The notes below the pieces were generated by a model. The model was not told the origin of the DNA. It was given only the letters and a program-made list of their open reading frames with translations, and made no database searches. A stretch of DNA of 64,000 nt from Octopus sinensis. Lineage: Eukaryota. Location of the stretch: the NCBI RefSeq assembly GCF_006345805.1, contig NC_043002.1, forward strand, positions 76,074,001-76,138,000, given 5' to 3'. This document shows, piece after piece, positions 11,049 to 25,853 of the stretch (its first letter is position 1; each line of letters starts with the position of its first letter). The position numbers were made by a program, and so were the translations under genes.

Positions 11049-12217
11049 TATATATATACATATATACAGACATTCATAGACACGTGCACAAACAAACATA
11101 CATATATGTATGTGTGTACATGTATGCGTATAAACGCATATGTAGTATGTAAATATGCCTGCATATATCCATGCATACATATATACACTTATGTATATAT
11201 ATTTTTATATATATATACGCTTATATATATATATACATATGCCTATACACATACACACACAGTTCTATACATGTGTGTATCTGCCTGTCTATCTATCCAT
11301 ATATAATATATATATATATATTTGTATGTATATATATATGCTCACACACGCACACTCATACACACACACACACACTCTGAATTATCTGTTGTAGTCTATC
11401 TTATAATGATTGATGAACTGATAGTTAATCTTCATCTAGTTTCTGCGCCAAAATTAATTGAAAAATACTATTTAGACCAATATCTTTGTTTTGATGATGA
11501 GAAATGAAGTGAATCGTTATCTTCAACAAATTAAATGAATAAATAAATAGATAAATAAATACATAAATACTAGCTGTAACAACTGCCAGATCTATAATGT
11601 TATTTCTTTTTTAGTGTTTAATATTGATTGATTGTTTTGTTACTGAGACAGTTTTTTTAACGAGTCAACCCTTTCGTTTAAAAGCTGAACGTTGAAATAT
11701 TGACTTAAAAATGTGTTGTACTGTTACAGGAAGCAGTGTTAATTATAGTCGACCGGATTTCACTTTGAGAAGCGATCAACGACATTGTAACAATACGATA
11801 AGTCCTCCAAATTTGAGAATTGCTTCGCAAAGCAAAATATCAAATGGCGAAATGTCAAGAGGCTGTTTCGAATCCTAATCTAAATCCGTTTTGCATTTAT
11901 TTCTAGTCTTTTAATATTTTAAAATAGCGTATTTATTTGTGTATAAATCGGACTATTTTATACTTGAATTTACCTGGAAAAACTAGGGAGCGTTTTCCCT
12001 TCGTAGTTTTAGCTACAAAGGGCAAAAAAATTTATGCAAAGATGTAATACTAAATTAGGGGCGCAATTTACACTGTAACAGATATATTTAAAATCAAGTT
12101 AACCCTTCTGTAGCTTAATCTACATATTCTCGCATGTAAATGAAGTTTTCGTAGCGTTGAATGGAAGATATAACTTTATGTGGATGGGTATCTTAACCAC
12201 TACGCCATATACCCGTG

Positions 12218-12375
12218 GGCATATGGCGTAGTGGTTAAGAGCGGGGGCTACTAACCCCAAAATTCCGAGTTCGATTCCAAGCAGTGACCTGAACAACAAC
12301 AGCAGCAGCAGCAGCAGCAGCAACAACAACAACAACAACAACAAAAACAACAACAACAATGATAGTAATAATAAT
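12218..12375 (+). mobile_element. Short tRNA-like SINE (anticodon loop CTACTAA, resembling Ser-GCT) with (CAA/CAG)n tail
   Basis: A-box TGGCGTAGTGG, B-box-like GAGTTCGATTCC, anticodon-like stem gggg/cccc; lacks a proper acceptor stem, so not a functional tRNA. Confidence 0.65.
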
Positions 12376-13026
12376 AATTTAAATAGAGAAAGTGTTGGTT
12401 TCTACCCTAGATCCAAATTTCCTTCATTGCAATTTCAACAATAGGGTATGTATGTATGTATGTATGTATGTATGTATGTATGTATGTATGTATGTATGTA
12501 TGTGTGCAGGTTTGTATGAGTTGTTTTATGTATGTCCTCTTATGTATATAGTTGCATATCTAGACATGCTCATATATACTTGGATGATAAAATTCTGGAA
12601 AGTTTTACAGATTTTTACAGTTCCAGTGATGGCTTGGATCTGTAGTCTTCGAATTAGTTTTCTCCTTTGTGGTTTTGAGACGCCTAATTTCTAAAGATTG
12701 GTATCTAGACAGTATCAAATTTATTATGTTTACATTATATTGATCTTTTCACTTGGACATTCCACCAGTACTCCTTTTTATTATGAGTGCCTTGGCTCCA
12801 CCATACGGTGGGTTCTTATTTGTTTGTCGGGGCTATCCTTCCGACGGATCTCGTTATAGAGTATCCTAGCTACAACATCATCGACGAAAGCTACAGCAGC
12901 AGTAACAACAACAATGACAATACTAGTAACAACCACAACAAAAACAGCAACAACAGCAGGAACATCTACACTGCTGATGAGCAGAACAACAGCTGCGAAA
13001 GCGGCAGCAGAAGCAGCAACAACCGT

Positions 13027-13417
13027 GGAGGCGCAATGGCCCAATGGTTAGGGCAGCAGACTCCCGGTCGGAGGATCGCGGTTTCGATTCCCAGACCGGG
13101 CGTTGTGCGTGTTTATTGAGCGAAAACACCTAAAGCTCCACGAGGCTCCGACAGGGGGTGGTGGCGACCCCTGTTGTACTCTTTCGCCCCAACTTCCTCT
13201 TACTCTTTCTTCCTGTTTCTCGTCCCCGACTTCCTACGCAACCGCTGAGCCTGGATGCGAATTCATCCATCCGTCGATGTCGGGGGTCAGGGGTATTACC
13301 TGCTTTCTCTTCTGCGGGTTTTACGAATAGCTTCGGACTTCTCCCATATTGCTAGCTCTGGGACGAAGACCGTTCGCTCAACAGCTCAACAGCAGCAACA
13401 GCAACAAGAACAACAAA
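13027..13417 (+). mobile_element. tRNA-derived SINE (family C) with (CAA)n-rich tail, inside a CAA/CAG tract
   Basis: Head GGAGGCGCAATGGCCCAATGGTTAGGGCAGC...GGTTTCGATTCCC with A and B boxes. Confidence 0.75.
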
Positions 13418-13689
13418 CAGAAGACCATTTACAATAGTATTGGGAATATTATTCCGATTGGTTGTTTGCATGCGTAATTACCAGAATCATAAACATGAGC
13501 AATAAACAGCAATAACAACAGCATAAGCAATTCCTTTTCGTTTTCCTCTTCACCTCGTTTTCCTCTTTCTTTTTCTCACCCTCTCCCTTCTCCTGCTCCT
13601 CCTCTCCGTCCTCCTCTTCTTTCTCCTCTCCTCCTCCTCTTCACCCTCTTCTTATTACTATTACTATTATTATTATTATTATTATTATT

Positions 13690-15530
13690 CAGTAGTTTTA
13701 TTTTTATAGCGTGCTTTCACTTCACTACCGAGCGCAGCTCTGTGTGCCTTAGGTATGTGCTGTGATTTGTTGTGATGCTCTGATGGTTACTGTATGGAAA
13801 GTGTTCTGCGTAGGATGTGTGCAGTGCCTAGTAGTGCAATTTTCTGTATGTTATATGTGTTCGTAAGTCCTGGTGTTTTTGTTATGTATTTGTCTGAATA
13901 TTTTTTTATCATGCCTAATGCACCTACTATGATAGGAATTGTTTCTGTTTTTAGATTCCACATTCTGGTTACCTATTTCCAAGTCTTTGTATTTTGAGAG
14001 TTTCTCCATTTCTTTTAGAGACACGTTGTCATCTGCCGGTATTGATACATCAATTAGAAATTATTTTTTTCTTCATGATCTCTGACAACTATATCTGGTC
14101 TGTTGGCCTTAATTTCTCTATCTGTGTGTATCGGCATATCCCAGAGTATGGTTGCTTTCTCGTTTTCTGTGACCTTTTCTGGTGTGTGCCTATACCATCT
14201 TTTTTCGTTGTTATTCCATAATGTTGGCATAGCTTCCAATGTATGTAGGTTCCAACTCTATCATGTCTGTGAATATATTCCTTCTTAGCCAGGAATGGGC
14301 AGCTAGAGATAATATGATTTATTGTTTCTTGTCCATCTCCACATATTCTGCAGTTACTTGTTATATTTCTTTTCATTACACGTTTTTGGTAATTTCTGGT
14401 GGGGAGGCTTTGGGCTTGTGCTGCAATAAAAAATCCCTCTGTCTCTGCTTTGAGTCCTGAGCTTCTCAACCATTGCTGGGATTATTCTTTGTCTATTTCT
14501 TTTGCGTTTAGTTTAGTCCAGTATTACCATGAAGGGGCTTTTCTTGCCATCGTTTTATCATGGTTCGTTGCTGTTCTATTTTAGTTGGATTTCATTTGTT
14601 TTATAGCTTTTGTTGTTTCTTCATCTTCTTCTTCTTCATATTTATTAGGTGGTATGATTTCTTGTTTGTATTTGTCAGCTTCCTTAAATACTGAGAACAG
14701 TTTTTTGTTTTGCTCGTGTTTTGCCGCTATTGTATCAGTTTTCCTTCCTTCTGAAGTAGATATTTTTGCAGTCTATGGTGGTTATTTTATAGTAGTTTCC
14801 AGTTGTATAAGGCCTCTACCACCTTCTATACGTTGTATTTGTCAGATTTTGGGTGATGCATCCTAGACCCTGTCATTATTTTTCTTGTTTTCCTATCTAT
14901 TTTGGTCAGTTCATTTAGTGTCCAGTTAAGGATATTGTAGCTGTAACTTATAACTGGGACGCTAAAGTGTTAATACCTATTATCTAGTTTTTAGCTTGAG
15001 CTCTGTTTTTTAGTATTGATCTAACTCGTCTATAATATTCTTTTTTTTTATTTTCTCTTTCATTTGTGTGTGTTGTGTCTTATCTAGTTCATGGATTCCT
15101 AAGTATTTGTAAGTTTGGCTTTGGTCTAATTCTTTTATTTCATTGGTTTTATCTAGTGTGATGTTGTTACTCTTACTAGTTTTCCTCTTTTCATGGTTCT
15201 TTGGCGCATTTTTCTAATCCAAAATTCATATCTATTTCTTTGGTAAATCCATAAACTATCTTTAATAGTGTTTCCAGCTGTTTGTGATTTGCAGCGTATA
15301 GTTTTAGGTCATCCATATATAAAAGGTGGCTGATCGTTTTGCGTAACATTTATATCCGCATCCAGTTCTATTTAGCATATCAGACAGAGGTGACAGTGCC
15401 AAGCAGAAAAGGAGTGGAGAGAGCGTATCTCCCTGGAATATTCCTCTTCTAATGAAGATGTCTTTGGTTTTCATGAGTCCCTCTTTTGTTTGGAGCTGTA
15501 GCACTGTTTGCCATTTATATTTATCCATTT
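13690..15530 (-). mobile_element. 5'-truncated, degraded R4/Dong-like LINE between (TAA)n tracts
   Basis: ORF pieces RRGIFQGDTLSPLLFCLAL, LKAETEGFFIAAQ...CRICG..ETINHIISSC...HRHDRVG, ILWDMPIHTDREIKANRPDIVV and a REL C-terminus; (TAA)n on both sides. Confidence 0.9.
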
Positions 15531-15555
15531 ATTATTATTATTATTATTATTATTA

Positions 15556-15600
<45 letters not shown>

Positions 15601-15602
15601 TA

Positions 15603-15646
<44 letters not shown>

Positions 15647-16200
15647 GAGTGAGAGAGCAGTGCATGTCACCAAATTGACACTGGGGTAAAATATACGAAG
15701 CCCAGTATACCCATCATGACTACCCGTCTGATAAGTGTACACTAAGCACATGCATCGCAACTATATGTCGCGACATGGTGATCTCATATCAAGATAAACA
15801 GCACATGACCTTGCAGGTGGTTCCGAGTTAGAATTTTCTTCTGGTCGCGTAACCCATCCCGCTCAAAAGGTCCCTGAATAAGGGTTGTTTAAGGATGTTG
15901 AACGAAACACCCATGTTTCCAGAGTTGAATTATTCAAACCCCAAAGAATCCCACTCAACACATGACTATGTTGCTCCCCCATTACTCCTGCTCGGGATCA
16001 GAAATGCACATATCGTCAGCCACTAAGGGACATGCTCAGCTGGTTATGGTCAAACAACTGACAAGCAAATCTGTGGTATTGAGCAGAATATTTGCAGTAG
16101 CCCATCTTTTATACCAAGACAAAACAATGTACATGATAACACGTCCAATCAGTTGAGATGTAAAGCTATGAGAGCCACTGCCTGGTACTGCATCAGAGCA
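15647..16200 (-). mobile_element. ~550-bp non-coding element in (TAA)n; second copy at 48842-49375
   Basis: Two collinear, highly similar copies, both bounded by (TTA)n; no ORF. Strand is inferred from a (TAA)n tail. Confidence 0.75.
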
Positions 16201-16221
16201 TTATTATTATTAATATTATTA

Positions 16222-16281
<60 letters not shown>

Positions 16282-16293
16282 CATCATCATCAT

Positions 16294-16379
<86 letters not shown>

Positions 16380-16534
16380 TTGGTGCCACTGTTGCTGCTG
16401 CTGCAGTAAATCTACGGTTGCAATATTGATGGATGCAAAATACGTAATTAGAGAGAATTAGGAAGTGAAGTCGGTTGAGATGTACAATAATAATAATAAT
16501 TGTAATAATAATAATAATAATTATTATAATAATA

Positions 16535-16571
<37 letters not shown>

Positions 16572-16620
16572 CGACGACGACGATGATGATGATGATGATG
16601 ATACTAATGATAATAATAAT

Positions 16621-16675
<55 letters not shown>

Positions 16676-17160
16676 TACAACAACACAATGAAAACCATAT
16701 GCAACAACAATGTGAGCATCACTATTGTTATAATAATGAGGGCAATTAAATTCATTCATTAGCAGGTTTAAATGAAGCTAATCGCGGTGATGACGAGGGT
16801 GGGAATCTGTTGTTGTGGCCGGGTGTAGTGGTGACAGTGGAGATGGTGGGGTCTTCGTCGTTGCCATCATCGGTATAACGATGATTGTGATAACGATCAT
16901 GATGATGATGAGACTGACGATGATGAGACCGACGATGATGAGACTGATGATGATGATGATGATGATGTGGATGACGATGTGGATGATGATGATGATGATG
17001 ATAAGGATGATGATGATGATGGTGGTGGTGGTGGTGATGATAATGGTGATGATGATGATGTCGATGATGATGTCAATGATGATGGTGATGATGATAATGA
17101 TGATCATGATCATAATGATGATGAAGAAGAAGAAAAAAAGAAAATGATGATGACGTAAAA
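16153..17160. repeat. Compound trinucleotide microsatellite field (TAT, CAT, TAC, TGC, AAT, GAT)
   Basis: Seen directly; source of the poly-I/M/D/Y pseudo-ORFs. Confidence 0.95.
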
Positions 17161-17243
17161 GGTTTGTGTCCTCAGGACATTAACTTCTTGTCCGTTGCAG
17201 GGTTTAATTGAACGAATCCACGATATCATTGCGTGTGTGTGTG

Positions 17244-17276
<33 letters not shown>

Positions 17277-17489
17277 GTGTGTGTGTTGCTCTCATGATGG
17301 CGTACCTCTTTCCAGCGAGGTAGATTGCCCCATTCGAAATTTGAATGTCTTGACCTTGGGGACAAACCCAGCTCATTTCTTTGCACATAGACACACTCTC
17401 CTTCATTCCCCTCTCTCTATCTCACTCCACAATCTCTCTCCGCTCTCTCTACCACTTTCTATTTCCATCATCTCCCTCTCCTCATCTCT

Positions 17490-17525
<36 letters not shown>

Positions 17526-19033
17526 GGCAGTATCGGCCATTATCGATCCTAACTGCCTTCACAATTATTTAACTGCAACCCTCGAAGCATCTCGTTAAAG
17601 GCACGTGTGTGTAAGTGTATGGTGTATGCGAGCGTGTGTGCGTGTGTATGTATGTCTGTGCGTGCGTGAATGTACATAACCATGATGGCTACGTGTAGGC
17701 GTTTATTTATTTATTCATTCATTTATTTATTTACATTCTTATTTATTTATTTATTATATATATATTTATTTATCTATCTACTTTACCTTACGTTAGCTGT
17801 GTTAGCCTTTGTCTGCGACCAATTCCCTTCTCTCAGGAATCCTTTTCGAGGGCATGAATAGACGAAGTCAAAAGTCAGTTGAAAAGTGTTGGCGGTTCCT
17901 AGCACGCAATCGCTCTCAATACGCTATGTGGTAAAGCTTCTTGTAGAGGTTTTTTTTCTACCTTAGTAGGTGGCTATCATTTAACTATGCTATAATTATT
18001 TAACTATGCTATGAATATTCGCTGTAAATGGATGACTTAGCGACTGACTTACCCTCAGGGGGTATGTTGGCCTGCTCCTCTAGCCAACGAAGTGGCATCA
18101 TTCGAAAGCTAACACAATACAAAATAGTGCGTTTTGACCAGCGATGTATAACAACATCCGATAAATGGGTCGTTCACGTAATCACGTGATATATGTCCGA
18201 AACAGGATCGTCCAAAGGAGTCTTGCAAGGTGGAAGAAGACATGCCTCAGGCTTTATTGTGCGAAAGGGCTATCTCAAAATTTAACGGGACAGTGAGTCA
18301 TTCATTTTGAAGGAGAGATCCGTCAAATACGGATAGACCTTTGATTTGCATTTCCAGCTCCGGCCTAATGCACAGGTTGAACAACCATTCGGTAGGCCCC
18401 ACTTTACGTCATTACCCGCATACCCACTCTAAACTAATGATTATAAAGAAGAGCAGAAAACTCTTAATTTTCTTACACAAAATAATAATCGAATAGTTAT
18501 ATAATATATCATTATGCATCACAAAACCAGTCAGAATGGATAAGACAGGCAATGACACATAAATGTTCCCATTATTACACAAAATGACAGATATTTCATG
18601 ACTACTAATATTATTACCATTAACAGCTTTCTATTTACTTCGTTTATTTTTATGGAAAAGAACAGTTTCCCAATGAACTGTGGTAATTTGATCAAAATAT
18701 CTAAATATATCACCACTAGACAACGGAACAATCAGTTAACATATTGGCTTCTGTTATTAGCCATACATACATACATACATACATACATACATACATACAT
18801 ACATACATACATACATACATACATACATACATACGTAAATACACACGCACATACACGTGCACACACTCTCACACACAAACACACATTTACATACGCCATA
18901 CTGAAAAGATGCAACAACAATTAACAGAAAATACAATAAATAGACGTAGAAAAATCCTTTCACCAGCCATGCTATTTTCTTGAATCATAGAAATTTGGCC
19001 ACGGGAAGACATCTGTATTTATGTGTGTGTATG

Positions 19034-19064
<31 letters not shown>

Positions 19065-19104
19065 TATATATATACATACACACACATAAATACAGACACA
19101 CGCC

Positions 19105-19153
<49 letters not shown>

Positions 19154-19167
19154 GTATATATATATAT

Positions 19168-19471
<304 letters not shown>

Positions 19472-19542
19472 AGCATATTACTCTACCACTGGTATTTGAG
19501 TACTCTTCTTTCCACCTTGTTTCACATTTATGTGTTTACTCC

Positions 19543-19641
<99 letters not shown>

Positions 19642-20409
19642 TTATATATGAAATGGATGAAACGGTAGAGAGCACAGCCATAGATCAGTAATTTCCTGCT
19701 TATGATTGACCTAAAGAGGTACTTCGAGGAACAATATTAACAATATTCTAAGCTTGGAACAAATTGAAAGAGAAACCAGGCGATTCACACCTCCAGTAAA
19801 TACCAAATCGAAGTTGCTTGTGGTATCCGGTAAATTAAATAACATTCAAAGAATAGTTCATTCAGAGCTACACGTCTTTCCGTAGCATCCGATTTGTAAA
19901 TCCGAGCTGTACCCCCAGTTCTCCTGCGTATATTGGCTTACAGAGAGTATATAAGTGGACAGTCTTCTCTACAGGAAACGATCATCAGACAGTCTTCCTT
20001 ACAGGAAACGATCATGCACACTGGAATTTCAGATATAATTTATAAGTAGCAGAGGGTAATACAGAAAATCCAAACATCGAAGTTAAGGTATTATGCTTAT
20101 TCCTTCATTATGGTCGTATCAACAATACATGTGTCAGATTAACCATGAATATGAATATGACTTAATACAAAATATTACATGTGATACATGTTCATCCCAT
20201 CAGACATACTTCAAAATGCAATACTACTACATTTTAGCCCTTTATCAGATTAAGTGAACAGGAATCACACTTAATACACTTTAATTTAACATAACTATTT
20301 ATAATTATATTTATATTCATATTCATATTCGTTATTGATGCGAGCAATGTATTGTTGAAACGATCGTAAAGAAGGAATAAATCTAACCAATTATGAATAT
20401 TTATTTCTA

Positions 20410-20801
20410 CTCTAGGCAAAAGGACTTGAAACTTTTGTGGGGAAGGGGGCCAGTCGATCACATCGACCACAGTACTCAAGTGGTACTTATTTCATCGACC
20501 TCGGAAGGATGAAAGGCAAAATCGACCTCGGCGGAATTTGTACTCAGAACGTAACGGCAAACGAAATACCTATTTCTTTACTACCCACAAGGGCTAAACA
20601 CAAAGAGGACAAACAAGGATAGACAAACGGATTAAGTCGATTATATCGACCCCAGTGCGTAACTGGTACTTATTTAATCGACCCCAAAAGGATAAAAGGC
20701 AAAGTCGACCTCGGCAAAATTTGTACTCAGAACGTAGCGGCAGACGAAATACCACTAAGTATTTCGTTCGGCGCGCTAACGTTTCTGCCAGCTCGCCGCC
20801 C
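20410..20801 (-). mobile_element. Two adjacent MetaSINE-like tRNA-derived SINEs (family B)
   Basis: Reverse complement carries a GGCGGCGAGCTGGCAGAAACGTTAGC head and a central GCCTTTCATCCTT..GGGGTCGAT..ATAAGTACCA-like domain. Confidence 0.8.
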
Positions 20802-21361
20802 CCTACTCAATAATAACTACTGAGCTTCCCTTCAGCCTTTTGACAAACGGCAAACCTGGCACAGAAATTCACTACATTAAATCTGCTAAACACAGACATC
20901 CAGGAAGCTGCCAGATTTAGTCATTAAATTCTATAGACTATATGGTTTTTTCAGCGACGAACCTCAGTTACGTCGAAACGACGAACGATGACTGCAACCG
21001 ATTACTCTGAGTAAATATGGAATCACCCGTCCATATTTCTTTAGAATTCATTAATTTGCATTTCTGAAATGCAGAACACACACACACGTACGCACACACG
21101 CATGAACGCGAACACATATATACGCAGATGTGCGTGTGTGCGTGCATGAGTGTGTATGCATGTGTCTGTGCATGTATGCATGCATGCATATATGGACATA
21201 TATATATATGTCCATATATATAAATGCATGTATGCATGCATATATATATATATATATACATGTATATATGCGTGTGTATATATGTATTTATATTCATCTA
21301 TCACTCACTCTCTCTTTTATACATCATATATGTATATATATTTATATATTTATACACACAG

Positions 21362-21404
<43 letters not shown>

Positions 21405-21472
21405 ATATATATATAATATATATATATTACATATATACTCACACACACACACACACATATTATATATATGAT

Positions 21473-21506
<34 letters not shown>

Positions 21507-22286
21507 CAAATATAATATCCATAAATATATACATGCATAACCACATGCACATATACTAGATATACAGAAAGTGATATATATGTACGTGTGTGTGTGTATG
21601 TGTGAGCATGTGTGATGTATATGTGCATATGAGTGCGAATTTTCTGTATCTTTAGGTGTGTACGAGACGTTTCTAGTATTACACTCAACTCACATCAATA
21701 CCACCCTTGACGCCAGTCCTTGCATAGGAACGCTTATATATATATGTACACACACACATACGAGTGTGTGTGTGTATACGTGTCTGGATGTGTATGCACA
21801 TGCAAATCTGTGTATGTCTAGGTGTATCTATGTATTAGGAAACAGGAAAAACAGCATGTCTGCTCTTACAATCTTTAACAACTGAAAGGTGTTGTAAAAT
21901 CGTTAAAACTATAAAAGAATCTCGGTTTGATGTTTGTTTAGTGAATAAGATACATCTAAACAGTAAACTTAACGCTTTGTAATAACAGAAATGCGCTTTC
22001 GTAGAGTGCATGTACTTATATTTGTGAATGAAAGGAAACCGTGATTTGTAGGTGAGGTTCTTTGTCACGAACTGGTGGAAGAGGATTAGTTTGGTGTCGT
22101 GCAGTATTTCTGATATATCCAGCAAGGCGACAGGGATAGCTTAATGTTACATTTAACACGAAATAGTTTTCTTCTATTTATTTATTGCAGTATGCATACT
22201 GCATATTCAAATGTAATGTATTCTTACATACATACATACATACATACATATCTATGTATATATATATGTGTGTGTTTGTGTGTGTG

Positions 22287-22318
<32 letters not shown>

Positions 22319-22439
22319 TGTATGTATGAGGTATGTATGTATGTATGCATGTACGTATGTAAGTATATACGTATATATATATATATATATTATATACATA
22401 TTATACATATATTATATATATATCTATATATTATATATA

Positions 22440-23130
22440 TAGTGGCCCTCTCAGATATGTTCTCAAGTGCCCGAATAGCCACCCTTGCAAGCTACGTAGA
22501 CAATACGAAAGACTCGCTGAAAATACAGAACCCCAGCGATGTTGCACATCTGCACCAGGAGTTGGACTCAATTTACAGATGGGCTGAGTATAATAATATG
22601 CAGTTTAATGCTGAAAAAGTCCAAGCCCTGCGCTACCAGCGTCCAAAATTGAATATGAAACTTACGGGGTACACTGGTCCTCAGGGAATTTCAATGTCAG
22701 AGCCTAAGTCAGTGAGTGATCAGGGTATCGACATGAATGTTGAAACCTCTTTCCAAGTGCACATTACCAGGATGGGGTCAAAGTGCAGACGACTGGCTGG
22801 TTCCTATGAACATTCAGGCCAGAGATATGGAAACCTCAGGAGGACATTCATCGTCAGCCGCCTGGATTACTGCTCCTAGCTATGGTCACCCACCAGTGTG
22901 AAATTAACGGCAGACCTTGATAACAATCCAGAGAAGATTTACAAAAACAAAAGAGATCGTCTCTTTGCAACTGCTCAGCTACTGGGAAAGGCTAAAACAG
23001 AGAAGACTCTACTCCCTGGAGAGAAGGCGGGAGAGATATGCAGTAATATACATCTGGAAGTTCCTGGAAGGGATTGTGCCAAATTTTGGCATCGAAAGTT
23101 ACACCAATGCCAGAACAATGCCATATATGT
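22440..23130 (+). pseudogene. CR1/L2-like LINE reverse transcriptase fragment
   Basis: ASYVDNTKDSLKI...LHQELDSIYRWAEYNNMQFNAEKVQALRY (degenerate FADDTK ... W...N.M.FN..K). Confidence 0.85.
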
Positions 23131-23650
23131 GTACACGGCCTCAAAAAAAAACTTAAACAAAATGAAAAACGAAAAACGAACTTTTGTTTTTGAACAACGA
23201 AACAAATAGAGAATGAGAAAAGCAAGATAAAAACCAATCGTTTCATCAGTTGTCCCCTGTTTTATCTACACCGCGTTTCGAACGTTTGGACAAGACGCAA
23301 CTTCATAAACAGTCGTTCCCGTTGATATAATCGAATACCGTCTTACCTAAAATTGCTGGCCTTGTGCTAAAAATTGAACCTAATGTATAACTACACTATA
23401 CCCGACACCCGCTTCAGTCGTGGCCATTCATATGTTTCTAAAGGCATTGCCTGAGATTTTAAATCTTCTAGATAAGTGAGTATTGTTTACGCATGTGTGT
23501 CTTCCTTCGCTGCACTACCGATATAAATCCACGAGAATGCAAGACCAATATAATATGGCAGCCCCGTCTTGGCTGACATTGCCTTAAAGGAGCGACGGCC
23601 ACATCAGATATATAATCCAAACTTTGTCTATTTGTCTATGTCTGTGTGTG

Positions 23651-23699
<49 letters not shown>

Positions 23700-23849
23700 T
23701 AGATAATTATAAATATTTATATATATATATGTGGTGTTGTGTGTGTGTCTATCTATTTATCTATCATCTATCTAACTATCTATCTATCTATATAATATAT
23801 ATATCTATCTATCTATCTGTCTGTCTATCTATCTATCTATCTATCTATC

Positions 23850-23885
<36 letters not shown>

Positions 23886-24083
23886 ACTATCTATCTATCT
23901 ATCTATCTATCATCTTACTATCTGTTTATCTATCATCTATCTATCATCTATCTATCTATTTATCTATTTATCTATATGTCTATCTGTTTATCTATCTATT
24001 TGTTATTTAACCATCTGTCTGTCTATCCTAGTCTATATATCACTTTCTTTTTCACTCCATTTACCAATCAGTGTGTACATACA

Positions 24084-24116
<33 letters not shown>

Positions 24117-25015
24117 TCATACATACATTCATACAGACATACGCACGTATATACCACACACACATACATAACTATGTATGTGTATATTTATAATGTGTGT
24201 GCATGTGTGTGCACATGTTGTAACTCTACATATGAGTATATATATACATGCATACATATACAAATCCGTGCATGTGCGTGTATGTGTAAGCATTTGAGCA
24301 TATTTATATGCATGCATGTACGTCTGTATGAAAGTACGTATGTTTTTACGTATGAATGTAAGTATGTATGTATGTATCTCTAGTACACAGATATACATAA
24401 ATGAAACAACTTCTAAGGGAAACTCATAAAAATACACCCAACAATAAGCATGATATGCCAGTGTCACTAATGTAGGCCAAACCAAAGCTGGGGTTATAAA
24501 TTGTCGTACGATAGAGTTAAATCAGTACATCTTTTAATGACAAGTGTATTGAAAGAAAGGAAAACAAAGCTCAGCGGAAATACAGCCATATTGTTTGATG
24601 CGTTGCACAATACTTAACAACTGTACTGTTCAATACGTATATATCTTCCAGGATTTATTTTGTATACATGTGTAAATTTATGGTTGTCTGTATATAAATG
24701 TGTAGATACGTACATGCATACTAACACACATACATATATGTATGTATGCACGTATTTGTGTCTGTGTATCTATATATGCAAACACTCACATACACATATA
24801 TATATATATGTATATATATATATATGCATAGTTTTGTATAAATATAAAAGTTATGTATACATGGATATATAGTTATATATGAGTGTATGTGTGTTTATCT
24901 ATTTGTGTGTACATACACACCAACACACAAACGTATATACATAACTACATACATATATATATATATGTATGTATATATATATATATGTATATACGTATGT
25001 ATATATATCCATATA

Positions 25016-25089
<74 letters not shown>

Positions 25090-25149
25090 ACACATATATA
25101 TACGTATATGTATAAATATATATATATGTATATATATACATACATACAT

Positions 25150-25189
<40 letters not shown>

Positions 25190-25474
25190 TAACAGATGCA
25201 TACACAATGTATATACATACATACGAACACGTATACACACTCGCAGACGCAAATATATTTACGCAGGTGAAGATTTTGCGTAAGATCGTCACAGTGAAAT
25301 GATAATATATATATATATATATATACAAAAAGCAATAAAGATTCAAGTTAATTTAAATGAATTTACTTGAATATGGTACCTAACTTAGATGCACCAAAAA
25401 AAACTATACTGTTTTAACAATACAGTAATGTGGGGTGATTATAAGCGAGAAAGAAGCAACAAGGATGGATAGGT

Positions 25475-25565
25475 TTTTAGTACAATCGTTTCATACAAGG
25501 ACAGGCTTTATTAAATGTTGCAAAAATTACAGCATATAAACGTGTCCCGTACTCATCAGCTAAAA
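25475..25565 (-). ncRNA. Type I hammerhead ribozyme, mirror copy
   Basis: Reverse complement of 25763-25853. Confidence 0.8.
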
Positions 25566-25762
25566 TACATGTGAGTTCTCTAGACATCCTAGTGGTTGAG
25601 GCTATACTCATGAAGTAATGTAGATAATTAAGTAACATAAACAGATTTCCAAAGTTCATTAAACTTTAATGAACTTTGGAAATCTGTTTATGTTACTTAA
25701 TTATCTACATTACTTCATGAGTATAGCCTCAACCACTAGGATGCCTAGAGAACTCACATGTA

Positions 25763-25853
25763 TTTTAGCTGATGAGTACGGGACACGTTTATATGCTGTA
25801 ATTTTTGCAACATTTAATAAAGCCTGTCCTTGTATGAAACGATTGTACTAAAA
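25763..25853 (+). ncRNA. Type I hammerhead ribozyme with canonical CUGAUGA core (cleavage after 25847)
   Basis: Stem I ttttag/ctaaaa; CTGATGA 25769-25775; extended stem II gtac/gtat plus gggac/gtcct; GAAA 25836-25839; short stem III acg-at-tgt; GTA 25845-25847. Confidence 0.8.

Noticed and set aside
11730-11880. Possible plus-strand exon after ttacag (about 50 open codons)
   Set aside because: Weak pyrimidine tract, phase incompatible with the 7261-7382 candidate, no recognisable product
12218-12290. Functional tRNA gene
   Set aside because: No acceptor stem pairing, atypical ACT anticodon and a direct (CAA)n tail; treated as a SINE
23235-23290. Possible type II HHR on the minus strand (GAAA...TA...CTGATGA)
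   Set aside because: No convincing stem I hairpin and an out-of-register stem II
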